64,000 nt of DNA from Candidatus Hecatella orcuttiae (GTDB lineage Archaea > Thermoproteota > Bathyarchaeia > Hecatellales > Hecatellaceae): assembly GCA_002011035.2 (NCBI GenBank), contig MTLY02000003.1, positions 544,001-608,000 on the forward strand, written 5' to 3'. A model generated the notes under the pieces. It was given only the letters and a program-made list of their open reading frames with translations, was not told where the DNA came from and did not search any database. Made by a program: the position numbers and the translations under genes. Shown here piece by piece: positions 1 through 8,663 of the stretch (its first letter is position 1; every line of letters begins with the position of its first letter).

Positions 1-959
1 CTCGTGTTGGTGTCGTTGACCGTATAGAATTTTATATCAGGATTAACAACAGACACAGCTGTACCTGTAGGTAGCAAGGGATCCATTATTCGGCCGTCCA
101 GAACACTCTGATCATGAAAATACAGCCGGCCTTCGGTGTCCACTGCCGCTGAGCCGGCTGTTTCGACGTTTAAGGCTGCTTCGCTCTGTTCGGCAAAAGC
201 CACTATTCCAACTTCGGTTGTAGCTGTTACGAAGTTTCCCTGAGGAGCCCCTACGAAAGATGCGTTGAATGTTATGGTTGTGCTTTCTCCTGGAGCTTGA
301 AACTTATACCTGAAGACCGCGGTGCTGTCCTTAGGCAGAAGGCTGATGCTTGCCGGCGTAGGTCCCTCCAAAAGCGTGGCCCCGTCTGTGAACGATAAAG
401 TTGGTTGCAGGTTGTATACGAAATTGGCAGATGTGTCATTGTTGGTGTAGATTAAAACCACATTTATCTGCTCGTCGGTAGGAACAAAACCAGGGGCCAC
501 AATACCGAGATGCATCTTCACTTCAGGAACTAAATTGTAGCTTGCAATATTCCCTCTTTCCGTTACAACACGTATCGCGTAGTCCTTCCCAAAGGTCAAA
601 GTGACCTTGGTGGTGTTGCTGAGGGATTCTCCTGGCTCTAGGTAGAGCGGTGGATTTGTGAAATTGTAGCTATAGTGCATATTATCCGTTTGGTTGATTA
701 TCCACAACCTTATGGGGTGGACGGTTACCGTCCCTCGGTTAGTCATGTTGATGACGAGTTTTCCTTCCTCATTCAGGTAAGCGCTGGTTATTACAAGTTT
801 TTCATGAAGTCTGTTTATGTCAAATTCACTTGCAGCCTGCACAGCCGAATGGTATTCGTTAATCTTGTAGGTGAAATAGTATATGGTGCTGACGGAAGCC
901 ATTAAAAGTACGAGAAAGAAAATTATACCTAAGACGGTTGCCTGACCTTTTCGTCTCAT
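1..959 (-). CDS. Large pilin-like surface protein with class III signal peptide (runs off the window edge)
   Basis: Not in the ORF track; manual translation from ATG at 959 gives MRRKG|QATVLGIIFFLVLLMASV..., open to position 1. Contains N-x-G and 'VVTERGN' segments typical of archaeal minor pilins and many N-x-S/T sequons. Confidence 0.8.
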   Translation of the reverse strand, partial: MRRKGQATVLGIIFFLVLLMASVSTIYYFTYKINEYHSAVQAASEFDINRLHEKLVITSAYLNEEGKLVINMTNRGTVTVHPIRLWIINQTDNMHYSYNFTNPPLYLEPGESLSNTTKVTLTFGKDYAIRVVTERGNIASYNLVPEVKMHLGIVAPGFVPTDEQINVVLIYTNNDTSANFVYNLQPTLSFTDGATLLEGPTPASISLLPKDSTAVFRYKFQAPGESTTITFNASFVGAPQGNFVTATTEVGIVAFAEQSEAALNVETAGSAAVDTEGRLYFHDQSVLDGRIMDPLLPTGTAVSVVNPDIKFYTVNDTNT

Positions 960-960
960 T

Positions 961-1413
961 TTACACTTTCCATGTACTTCGGTGAACATTCCCCAGCTCA
1001 CTGAACACCTCAACTACGTAAACCCCCCCTTCGGTCCACCCCTCAGGGAAAGGGCTGTCTACGGCGATACTCACCCATTGGTCTATCCCGATGGTTACCT
1101 CCTCAAATGGAGATATATCCGTCCCATTGAAAGAGATAGCTATTATCGTAACAGGGACCCCCCCAACGTTGCCCACTGAAACAATAGCATTCGTGGAGGA
1201 GTTAAACCAAACATCATCCACCACGAATCTTTCCCGGATTTTCACCTTACTTACGTCGGTGAAAGTTCCAATGGAAACTTGGCTTTCAACGAGCATCGAC
1301 AGCCCAGCCTGAACAATGATGATTCCCACTGTTGCCACCACACCTATCATGAGGATTACAGTGACAACAGTGCCAGCCGCTTTCCTCTCACGGACCCAAC
1401 CCTTCCAAGGCAT
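961..1413 (-). CDS. Minor type IV pilin-like protein
   Basis: RERKA|AGTVVTVILMIGVV class III signal-like N-terminus; 'NVGGVPVTI' and 'VFSELGN' segments. Confidence 0.75.
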   Translation of the reverse strand: MPWKGWVRERKAAGTVVTVILMIGVVATVGIIIVQAGLSMLVESQVSIGTFTDVSKVKIRERFVVDDVWFNSSTNAIVSVGNVGGVPVTIIAISFNGTDISPFEEVTIGIDQWVSIAVDSPFPEGWTEGGVYVVEVFSELGNVHRSTWKV

Positions 1414-1440
1414 GGAGCCATCTATCCTTGTTCGAGGCTT

Positions 1441-1917
1441 TCAAAGCTTTCGACGTTTTTCCACACTTGCTAGGCTTTCCTTGATGGCTTGGAGGGCTTC
1501 CAGATGTTTCTCATGAAGCTTTCTGCGTCTCGATATCTCTTCCCTCAATATAGGCATGACAACGTTGAAGAGGCGTATGGTTGCCTCCGGGTGGTATTCC
1601 CTCAAATCTTGGAAAGAGATCTCCCCCTCTTCTTCTCCTTCCTTTTTACCTTTTCTCTTAATCACCACTATACCTGAATGGTCTAGTACGGCTGATTCGA
1701 TTTCTTTTCCCTTAATCTTTGGCAGTTCACCATAAGCTGAGGGCGGAATCTCGACCTTGTCCAGTTCGGCATTAGACATGACAACCCGTAGCAAGTCAAT
1801 GATGTCCGATTTTAATTTATAGATCATCTGCTTGGTCGTGTGGACTTGTTCAATGTCCTCCACCACCGTCTTCATGTGGCCTAGAAGCGCCTCAAATTCA
1901 GCTTCATACGTAGCCAT
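1441..1917 (-). CDS. Hypothetical protein with predicted helical/coiled-coil termini
   Basis: 158-aa ORF, co-oriented between the vWA and pilin genes, GAAGGT upstream. Confidence 0.7.
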   Translation of the reverse strand: MATYEAEFEALLGHMKTVVEDIEQVHTTKQMIYKLKSDIIDLLRVVMSNAELDKVEIPPSAYGELPKIKGKEIESAVLDHSGIVVIKRKGKKEGEEEGEISFQDLREYHPEATIRLFNVVMPILREEISRRRKLHEKHLEALQAIKESLASVEKRRKL

Positions 1918-1960
1918 AGAGTCTACCTTCTAAACCTGTGTGAATTATCTTCCTCCTAAG

Positions 1961-3631
1961 TTACTTATTAAAATATTCGTTAAGAGCGCCTTCAACCAAC
2001 GATTCTCCAAGGCTGACTTCATGCACGGTGGCAAAAGAGGCGATGGCACGGCCGCTTTCGTGCAGATATTCAACCTTGTCCCCTACGAGGAAAAGGTAGA
2101 TCTTCCCGTATCTGGCTAGGATTTCTAGTAGTCCTTGAGCGGTCTCGCCGTCCCACACTCCTCCATCGGTGAAGATGTAGGTGCTCTGGTAGCCTCTCTC
2201 CTCAGCGGATCTGATGGCCGTCACCAAAGCTGGAGTGATGTTGGTGTAACCCTGAGGCTCAAGGCTGATGACCAAGTCTTCTATGGTATCGTAGTCCTTG
2301 GAGTGCATCTTCACGAGATCGAAGTTCACACCCGTGCTGAAAGGTATGAATGTAATGCTATCGGAGCCAAATCGGCAGGCTTCAACCAGGCAGAAGACAG
2401 CCTCCCTTATGCTGTCTATCTTGTTGTCTATCGCCGTCGACCCGGAAACGTCCATGAGAATGCAAATGTCGGCGAATTCTCTCCGCTGCCACCACTCCCA
2501 GCGTTTCATGGCGAAGATTCCGGGAATGAACATGCCGTAAACCCTGTAGGTGTCTGGTATGGACAGTGCTTTGATGTGGTCGCCGATCCTCCAAGCTCCC
2601 ATGGGCGGCGGTGTATAGTGCTTTCTAAACCCTCGAAGCTCATGGGCTACTTCGATGAACACGTTACTGAGGTAGAGCTTTGTCGTCATCCTGAGAAGAT
2701 GGGATTTTTCCCTTCCAGTGAGTTTGATGTATCTTCCCTTCATCGAGTCGAGAACCTCTTGGAAATGTCTTGTATATTTTATCCTATCCTCCACCGTCGC
2801 CTTTACGCCTTCCTTCTCCAGTTCATGAATGTATTCAGAGACCAGCCTCTCTATCAACTCCGCAGTGTCTAAAACCATTCTACTGGGTTGGAGGATTGAT
2901 TTTCGCAGATAGCCGATTTGGCTCTTGATGTAGTCGTCGAATTTCTTTCTTTCTTCCTCAAACTCCAGCGACGAACTCAAGCAGAGGTGTACGTCTTCCC
3001 AGAAGGATCTAAGCTTAGTGGGCGTTGCGCCCATGGACAGCAGCGACCGTAGCAGTTTTTCCATCTCATCCGAGGATATTGCGAAGGAGGGGGTGGATTC
3101 TGAAATGGAGCCGTAGACCAAAAATTCTCGGGGAGCTTCCTTCGGCTGGGAAAGCATCTCCTTCGGTAGCAAGTCCAGCAGAAGCCTGAGGCGGGTTGCG
3201 GGATCAAGGGGTCTTTCAAACACTACCTCTCTAACCTCTGCTGCTATGCCGCCGATTTTATAGCTACCCCCCATGAGAGACTTGGAGGCCTTGAAAAAAA
3301 GCTCTGCCAAAGGGTTTTTGGAAGCCTTTAAGCCTTCAAGCCTGTATCTGAAAAACTTCGAATAGAGAGCGGGTTCCTCCGCCAACAAAGTTTTATCAGC
3401 CAAAGCATTGGAAAAGAGGCCTACTAGGGTTCTCTGATTTTGCACGCCGGAGTCCCAAGCTAGGTAGATCCAGCTCATGAGTCTTTCCAAAGTTCCAGGA
3501 TAGGATGCTCTCAGTTCAACCTCTGAAAGCAACCAGCCTTGGAGGATGTCTTCCGGATGTTGAAGGTCTTTTTTGAGGACGGTGATAGTGTCCCAGGGGG
3601 TAGGGTCTGGAATTTCCTCAGCTATATTCAA
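1961..3631 (-). CDS. vWA-domain protein (MoxR partner); start may lie further upstream at 3682 or 3687
   Basis: C-terminal MIDAS residues DVSGS...T(NIT)...FTDG; directly downstream of the MoxR gene. Confidence 0.85.
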   Translation of the reverse strand: MNIAEEIPDPTPWDTITVLKKDLQHPEDILQGWLLSEVELRASYPGTLERLMSWIYLAWDSGVQNQRTLVGLFSNALADKTLLAEEPALYSKFFRYRLEGLKASKNPLAELFFKASKSLMGGSYKIGGIAAEVREVVFERPLDPATRLRLLLDLLPKEMLSQPKEAPREFLVYGSISESTPSFAISSDEMEKLLRSLLSMGATPTKLRSFWEDVHLCLSSSLEFEEERKKFDDYIKSQIGYLRKSILQPSRMVLDTAELIERLVSEYIHELEKEGVKATVEDRIKYTRHFQEVLDSMKGRYIKLTGREKSHLLRMTTKLYLSNVFIEVAHELRGFRKHYTPPPMGAWRIGDHIKALSIPDTYRVYGMFIPGIFAMKRWEWWQRREFADICILMDVSGSTAIDNKIDSIREAVFCLVEACRFGSDSITFIPFSTGVNFDLVKMHSKDYDTIEDLVISLEPQGYTNITPALVTAIRSAEERGYQSTYIFTDGGVWDGETAQGLLEILARYGKIYLFLVGDKVEYLHESGRAIASFATVHEVSLGESLVEGALNEYFNK

Positions 3632-3696
3632 GCGTAAGCGAACGTTTTTCTTAAGAGTTATGCGTTTAAAAAAACCCTCCAGTTCATGGTCGGGCT

Positions 3697-4944
3697 TTAT
3701 GGCAGTCTAACCTCCCAGCCTTTTTCCCCGGATTCAACCCACTCGTAGAGGTCGGCGACGGCGAGGCATTTCGTTTTCAATTCAGCCAGCTTTTCTTTTG
3801 CAGCTTCATCCCCCTTCATCGCCGGCTCCAAGAGGCTTAAGGCTTCATTCCAGAGGTTTTCCTTAAGAGCTACAGCCTCTTTCACCCTGTGAAGCACCCA
3901 TTCAGCTTCGTTGGCGTACTTGGTGAAGACGCTTTGCTTCAGCTCAAGGCGGTGGGGCAGCGTATACTGCATAGCCCAGAGGACGTCGTCGAAGGAAATG
4001 GTGTCCCTGCCCTCGATCCAAGCATGAGCCTTAGAAAGCCTGATGGACGAATCTATCCACCGATGGGCTATGGGCCGGTCCATTTCGGAGCATATTTCCC
4101 CCATGTAGGGGCAGCCTCCGCAGGACATCCTGTATCGGGCGGAGGTTATGGACCTGTCGGTTTTTATACACTTTCTCAGCAGGGCGGCTACCAGTGTGGT
4201 TTTGAGGAAAACTTCGTTGGGTACGCCTACCTTTTCCACGTCCCGCCATATTTCCGTCATCTGCTCCGTCGTCAAAACGGGTTCAGCTAAGGTTCTGAGG
4301 TCATCTACATGTCGCTTATGGTACTTGGTGAGTAGAAGTTTGTGGGTTTCTTTAACTCCGAGAAGCTTTACATTGAGGAAGAAATCTATTCTGTCCATCA
4401 AGGCTCTGACCAGGCCTACGGTGCCGATGTCGTGAGGATTCATGTCCAAAAAGCAGATGTAGTCGGGGCTGCGGGCGTGAACGTCAGCGAAGATGACACT
4501 TTTCTCGGAGAGCAGTTCGAGGAGGGAGTTTTGACACTGGGTGTTGAGGCGTTGGATTTCGTTGATGAACTTGAAGGGGGCGGTGACGAGGCTTCGGGGT
4601 GTCACAGCCCCGATTTTGGACTGGATGAACTTCTGGATGTCCAAGGCCCAGAGGATGTCGAAGGTTGTCAGTTCTTGGTGGCATCGGACGATGCCTAGGT
4701 CTCCGCCGTAGAACATCTTGGCTGCGATTTCGATGAAGGTTGTCTTTCCGGTGCCGTAGCCTCCGGACAGCAGGGTTTTGGCGTCCCTGCAGATGAGGCA
4801 GCAGGCGAGGAAGTTTCTAGAGTCTTCATCCGTCATGAAGAGGGAGAAGATGCTTTCAATCCCCTTCAGATACCTGTCTCGGTGGATGAAGGCGGGTTTA
4901 GGTGAGGGTTTAACCTCTTCGACGGCTGCCAGTTTGGTTTCCAG
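3697..4944 (-). CDS. MoxR-family AAA+ ATPase with Cys-rich insert
   Basis: Walker A GGYGTGKT, Walker B-like FKFINEIQR, QNSLLE, ALMDRI, LPHRL. The frame is open upstream of the track ATG (4836) to a CTG at 4944 that is preceded by GAGGT. Confidence 0.85.
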   Translation of the reverse strand: METKLAAVEEVKPSPKPAFIHRDRYLKGIESIFSLFMTDEDSRNFLACCLICRDAKTLLSGGYGTGKTTFIEIAAKMFYGGDLGIVRCHQELTTFDILWALDIQKFIQSKIGAVTPRSLVTAPFKFINEIQRLNTQCQNSLLELLSEKSVIFADVHARSPDYICFLDMNPHDIGTVGLVRALMDRIDFFLNVKLLGVKETHKLLLTKYHKRHVDDLRTLAEPVLTTEQMTEIWRDVEKVGVPNEVFLKTTLVAALLRKCIKTDRSITSARYRMSCGGCPYMGEICSEMDRPIAHRWIDSSIRLSKAHAWIEGRDTISFDDVLWAMQYTLPHRLELKQSVFTKYANEAEWVLHRVKEAVALKENLWNEALSLLEPAMKGDEAAKEKLAELKTKCLAVADLYEWVESGEKGWEVRLP

Positions 4945-5296
4945 TTTTTACAAACCTCTTTTTAAATTTACGGTGGCTAATTTTCTTTTTATTTGGCGGA
5001 ATTCTTAAGGATATCGGTTTATGCTCTTGCTGTTGTTTGTCTTCAGCGGGCTGGTATTTTTGTGGGGTATAGTAAAGCATATTAATATGTTCATGTACAT
5101 AATTATAATAAATCCCAACGGACGGCCTGTAAAATGACCTTTCATGTGTATAACGGGTTTTCTGTTTTCCAATCTATTTTCACAAGTATGTCTATAAATT
5201 CTGCTCGAAGCTGGAAAGACAGGCTGAGCCGAGGCAATAAAGAGGCGAAAATAATATATTAACCAACGAGGGATATTAAAAGGAGAGGAATATCGC

Positions 5297-5935
5297 ATGA
5301 GAGGACATTTTTCAAACAAAACGCTGAAGAAATGGCTTAAACAGAAAAAAGCGGTATCCCCCATCATCGCTACCCTGCTGATGATCGTCATATCCGTGGT
5401 GGCTGGTGTCATGATCTACGGTTGGATCTCCGGTTTCATATCTACGGGTGTTCCCTCCGTACCCACAGCATACATAGTCACAATCTCCTCGGTTACTGTT
5501 TCTGATGTTGATACTTCTTCAGCTACTACGCATAATTCGACGGTTCTTAAAGTAAAGATCAGCAATCCTGGGGCGAAGGATGTTTCTGTCACTGCTGCTA
5601 ACTTCATCGTAACCAATTCTTCCGGCTATGTCTACGACTACAATGGCACGGGCGGCAGCTTGCATGTGCTGGTGTACCAGGTGAGTAGCTCTTCTATAAC
5701 TGCCACAGCTCAGAACCTAACTACTCAAGTAGGTCTTACCGGTGCAGCGAACACTGTTACATTGACCGGTGGAACCACGACGACCCTATATATCGAGCTT
5801 CTAGGACATGAGTCTGGGGCGGATACTGGGGCCTTGGACAAAGGAGACACCTACATCCTCAACACCCAAGACGCAACAACCTACGACGGCATATCGGTTA
5901 CCTCAGCCGAATACACCTTCAAAGCCAACAAATAA
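5297..5935 (+). CDS. Archaeal type IV pilin (major pilin candidate 1)
   Basis: KKA|VSPIIATLLMIVISVVAG signature of archaeal pilins/archaellins. Confidence 0.9.
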   Translation: MRGHFSNKTLKKWLKQKKAVSPIIATLLMIVISVVAGVMIYGWISGFISTGVPSVPTAYIVTISSVTVSDVDTSSATTHNSTVLKVKISNPGAKDVSVTAANFIVTNSSGYVYDYNGTGGSLHVLVYQVSSSSITATAQNLTTQVGLTGAANTVTLTGGTTTTLYIELLGHESGADTGALDKGDTYILNTQDATTYDGISVTSAEYTFKANK

Positions 5936-6581
5936 ATTGAAAACATCAATAACTCTACGGCTGGAGATCAGGTAAGATTGAAATGGCCTAAGTGTCTCAG
6001 AAATAGAAAGGCTGTATCTCCGATTATCGGCGTCTTACTGATGATTGTCATCGCAGTCGTTGCCGGTGTCATGATCTATAGCTGGGTCACTGGTTTCATA
6101 TCTACAGGCATCCCCTCCCCGCCCAAAGCATACACCATTAGTATCGACATGGTTACTGTTTCTGATGTTGATACTTCTTCAGCTACTACGCATAATTCGA
6201 CGGTTCTTAAAGTAAAGATCAGCAATCCTGGGGCGAAGGATGTTTCTGTCACTGCTGCTAACTTCATCGTAACCAATTCTTCCGGCTATGTCTACGACTA
6301 CAATGGCACGGGCGGCAGCTTGCATGTGCTGGTGTACCAGGTGAGTAGCTCTTCTATAACTGCCACAGCTCAGAACCTAACTACTCAAGTAGGTCTTACC
6401 GGTGCAGCGAACACTGTTACATTGACCGGTGGAACCACGACGACCCTATATATCGAGCTTCTAGGACATGAGTCTGGGGCGGATACTGGGGCCTTGGACA
6501 AAGGAGACACCTACATCCTCAACACCCAAGACGCAACAACCTACGACGGCATATCGGTTACCTCAGCCGAATACACCTTCA
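5491..6581 (+). repeat. Perfect 431-bp direct repeat (5491-5921 = 6151-6581) between the two pilin genes
   Basis: Line-by-line identity at a 660-bp offset; both flanks diverge. Confidence 0.95.
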
Positions 6582-6595
6582 GGGCTAACAAATAA
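5978..6595 (+). CDS. Archaeal type IV pilin (major pilin candidate 2)
   Basis: RKA|VSPIIGVLLMIVIAVVAG; globular domain identical to pilin 1. Confidence 0.9.
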   Translation: MKWPKCLRNRKAVSPIIGVLLMIVIAVVAGVMIYSWVTGFISTGIPSPPKAYTISIDMVTVSDVDTSSATTHNSTVLKVKISNPGAKDVSVTAANFIVTNSSGYVYDYNGTGGSLHVLVYQVSSSSITATAQNLTTQVGLTGAANTVTLTGGTTTTLYIELLGHESGADTGALDKGDTYILNTQDATTYDGISVTSAEYTFRANK

Positions 6596-6731
6596 GCAAC
6601 TTAAATTTTTTACATCTCTTCGGTTATTTTGTTAATTTTTTCTTTACAGTAGCTTTCAGTTTGGTTTCGGCTTCACTGTTTTCGGTCTCTGACTGTCAGC
6701 TGGAAGGTTTTTGGGATTAAGGCTTGGGAGT

Positions 6732-6775
6732 GCTATGAGGACGCTGGAAATCCAGCCGAGGTCCTAGACCTTGGC
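6732..6775 (-). pseudogene. Decayed duplicate of the 3' end of the 7492-8463 gene (42/44 nt match to 7613-7656; weaker similarity over about 6650-6800)
   Basis: gctatgaggacgctggaaatcc(a/g)gccgaggtc(c/g)tagaccttggc at both sites; the copy has a TAC->TAG change. Confidence 0.7.
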
Positions 6776-6848
6776 AGATAGGGTGAGAATCGGATGGTTT
6801 CAGCAAAGGTTATATCCCACTCTAATTATCCCACTTATAGGTGGGATT

Positions 6849-7067
6849 TTGGAAGTGGAACTTAAAGACAAAGGAAGAGTCACCATCCCGTCGGAGATAA
6901 GGAAAGCCTTGGCCTTGGAGGAGGGAGATCGTCTTTTCATCGAGCTTGGTGAAGGCGTGATCAAGCTAAGGCCCAAGAAAATCGTCACCGCCGAAGAGAT
7001 AAAGGGTATAGCCAAAATCAAGAAGGTGAAGCTTGAGGAGGTTGAACTTTCTCTAGCGGGTGAATGA
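6849..7067 (+). CDS. vapB: AbrB/MazE-type antitoxin
   Basis: KGRVTIPSEIRKALALEEGD motif; TTG start after AGGTGGG; ATGA overlap with the PIN gene. Confidence 0.85.
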   Translation: MEVELKDKGRVTIPSEIRKALALEEGDRLFIELGEGVIKLRPKKIVTAEEIKGIAKIKKVKLEEVELSLAGE

Positions 7068-7474
7068 CGGTGAGGTTCATCGACTCCAACATCTTCATCT
7101 ACCATCTAGCAGGTGATGAACGGTATGGCGAAACCGCCAGTAGGATTGTCTATAGAATAAGTAAAGGGGAAAAGGCAGCGGCATCCACCCTAATTTTTTC
7201 ACAGGTCTTGGCATATCTCCGATGGAAGAACAGAGCTTCCATCATCCCCAAATTCATAGACTTTCTGAGGTCCTTACCGACGATTCAAAAGGTTGAAACC
7301 AATTTCGACGACCTTATCTTAGCTCGGAAGCTACAGGAAAAAGCCGGGGTGGACTGGAAAGCATGGGACGACCTAATCGTAGCCGCCCAAATGTTAAGAA
7401 TGGGGGTGACGGAGATATATTCCAACGACAAGGACTTCGACGCCATCCCCAACGTAAAAAGAATATTCTTCTAG
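7064..7474 (+). CDS. vapC: PIN-domain toxin
   Basis: FIDSNIF...WDDLIVAA...IYSNDKDFD PIN motifs. Confidence 0.9.
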   Translation: MTVRFIDSNIFIYHLAGDERYGETASRIVYRISKGEKAAASTLIFSQVLAYLRWKNRASIIPKFIDFLRSLPTIQKVETNFDDLILARKLQEKAGVDWKAWDDLIVAAQMLRMGVTEIYSNDKDFDAIPNVKRIFF

Positions 7475-7491
7475 AAAGCTAAGCATCCAGT

Positions 7492-8463
7492 TTAGGCTTT
7501 TTGCAGTATTGTCTTCAGCTTTGTCACAGCTTCTTCGCTGTCTCCCGCCTCTATGACCGTGATCTTGTACATGGCTGCCAGCTGGGAGGCAGTATGACTC
7601 AGTCGGGGTAGCGCTATGAGGACGCTGGAAATCCGGCCGAGGTCGTAGACCTTGGCGAACATGGTGATGATGGGTTGCTCGCCCACGGTTTCTTTCTCTT
7701 GAACGATTTCGACAACGAGTTTTTCGTTTTCTCCCCTGACAGCTAGGATGTCGAATCTGTGGTCTACCCCCGAACTGCCTTTAACGATCCCCGGACTCTC
7801 CACCTTGTAGTTGGAGGATTCGAGGAAAGAGCGGACAGAGGAAATAACCCCCACAACTTTCCTCACCTCCGCTGTTCCTCCCAAAGTGTAGGAGTAGCAT
7901 TCTTTCAGCTCCGCATCCCTTATCGTAAACTGGCGTCCGCAGCTCCTACACTGATGAGGGGAGTAGGGTTCATCGAATTTTCTTTTACACGCGTGGCAAA
8001 CAAACCATATGCCCACCTTTCTTGAATCCTTGCCCGCGGGGTCTAAGGGCGTTTTACATTTAGGGCATACGAGTTTCCCCTCCGTCCGATAACGGTCCTC
8101 GGTGTCGATGTGGCCGCATTTGAAGTGTTCCAGCAAAATCTTCTTCTCTATGTCGTAGGACTTGCAGCGGGGGCAAAGGGCTAGGGTTCCCACGTTGGGC
8201 GAATGGCAGTGGGGACAAGTGGGGTGCTTGCCAAAAAGCTTCCTGGCCAAAAGCCCTTCTGCGGTTAGCTTCTCTAGAAGGCTTGAAACTTCCTCGGAGT
8301 CCCCTAGGACTTCCTCCACTTCTGGATACCTACACCCTTTAACAGGGTCGAAGACAGGCCTCAGTTCAGGGTATTTTCCGGAAAGCAGCTCCACCAAAAG
8401 CTTTCTAGGGTCCTCTGGAAGTTTAGCCTTTTCTTCAGGGGTGATCTTGCTACCGGCTGACAA
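7492..8463 (-). CDS. Multi Zn-ribbon (TackOD1-like) protein with C-terminal Mrr/restriction-endonuclease-like domain
   Basis: Six CxxC/HxxC pairs followed by GSSGVDHRFDILA...VVEI. Confidence 0.7.
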   Translation of the reverse strand: MSAGSKITPEEKAKLPEDPRKLLVELLSGKYPELRPVFDPVKGCRYPEVEEVLGDSEEVSSLLEKLTAEGLLARKLFGKHPTCPHCHSPNVGTLALCPRCKSYDIEKKILLEHFKCGHIDTEDRYRTEGKLVCPKCKTPLDPAGKDSRKVGIWFVCHACKRKFDEPYSPHQCRSCGRQFTIRDAELKECYSYTLGGTAEVRKVVGVISSVRSFLESSNYKVESPGIVKGSSGVDHRFDILAVRGENEKLVVEIVQEKETVGEQPIITMFAKVYDLGRISSVLIALPRLSHTASQLAAMYKITVIEAGDSEEAVTKLKTILQKA

Positions 8464-8663
8464 CCTTAGGGCGCCTTTACGTTAATTATCTAGTCAATAC
8501 GGCTTATATTTGGTTATCCCGCAGGAGGGCTGGGATGCACTGTCTAACCTCTCATTTCAGCTATTTAAATCTCAAGTTCTTATCCCCAAACAGCTGGAGA
8601 ATCCGGTGGAAACCAGAAAACCTTAATCCTTCCGTGTTGAAGAATCGGTGAAGGCTGAGCCTG

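Noticed and set aside
5005-5412. 135-aa minus-strand ORF across the pilin promoter region
   Set aside because: Overlaps pilin 1 antisense and an AT-rich divergent promoter region; composition is not protein-like
5491-6581. Diversity-generating retroelement TR/VR pair or CRISPR array
   Set aside because: The copies are identical with no adenine-specific differences, no reverse transcriptase is present, and no repeat-spacer periodicity was seen anywhere in the window
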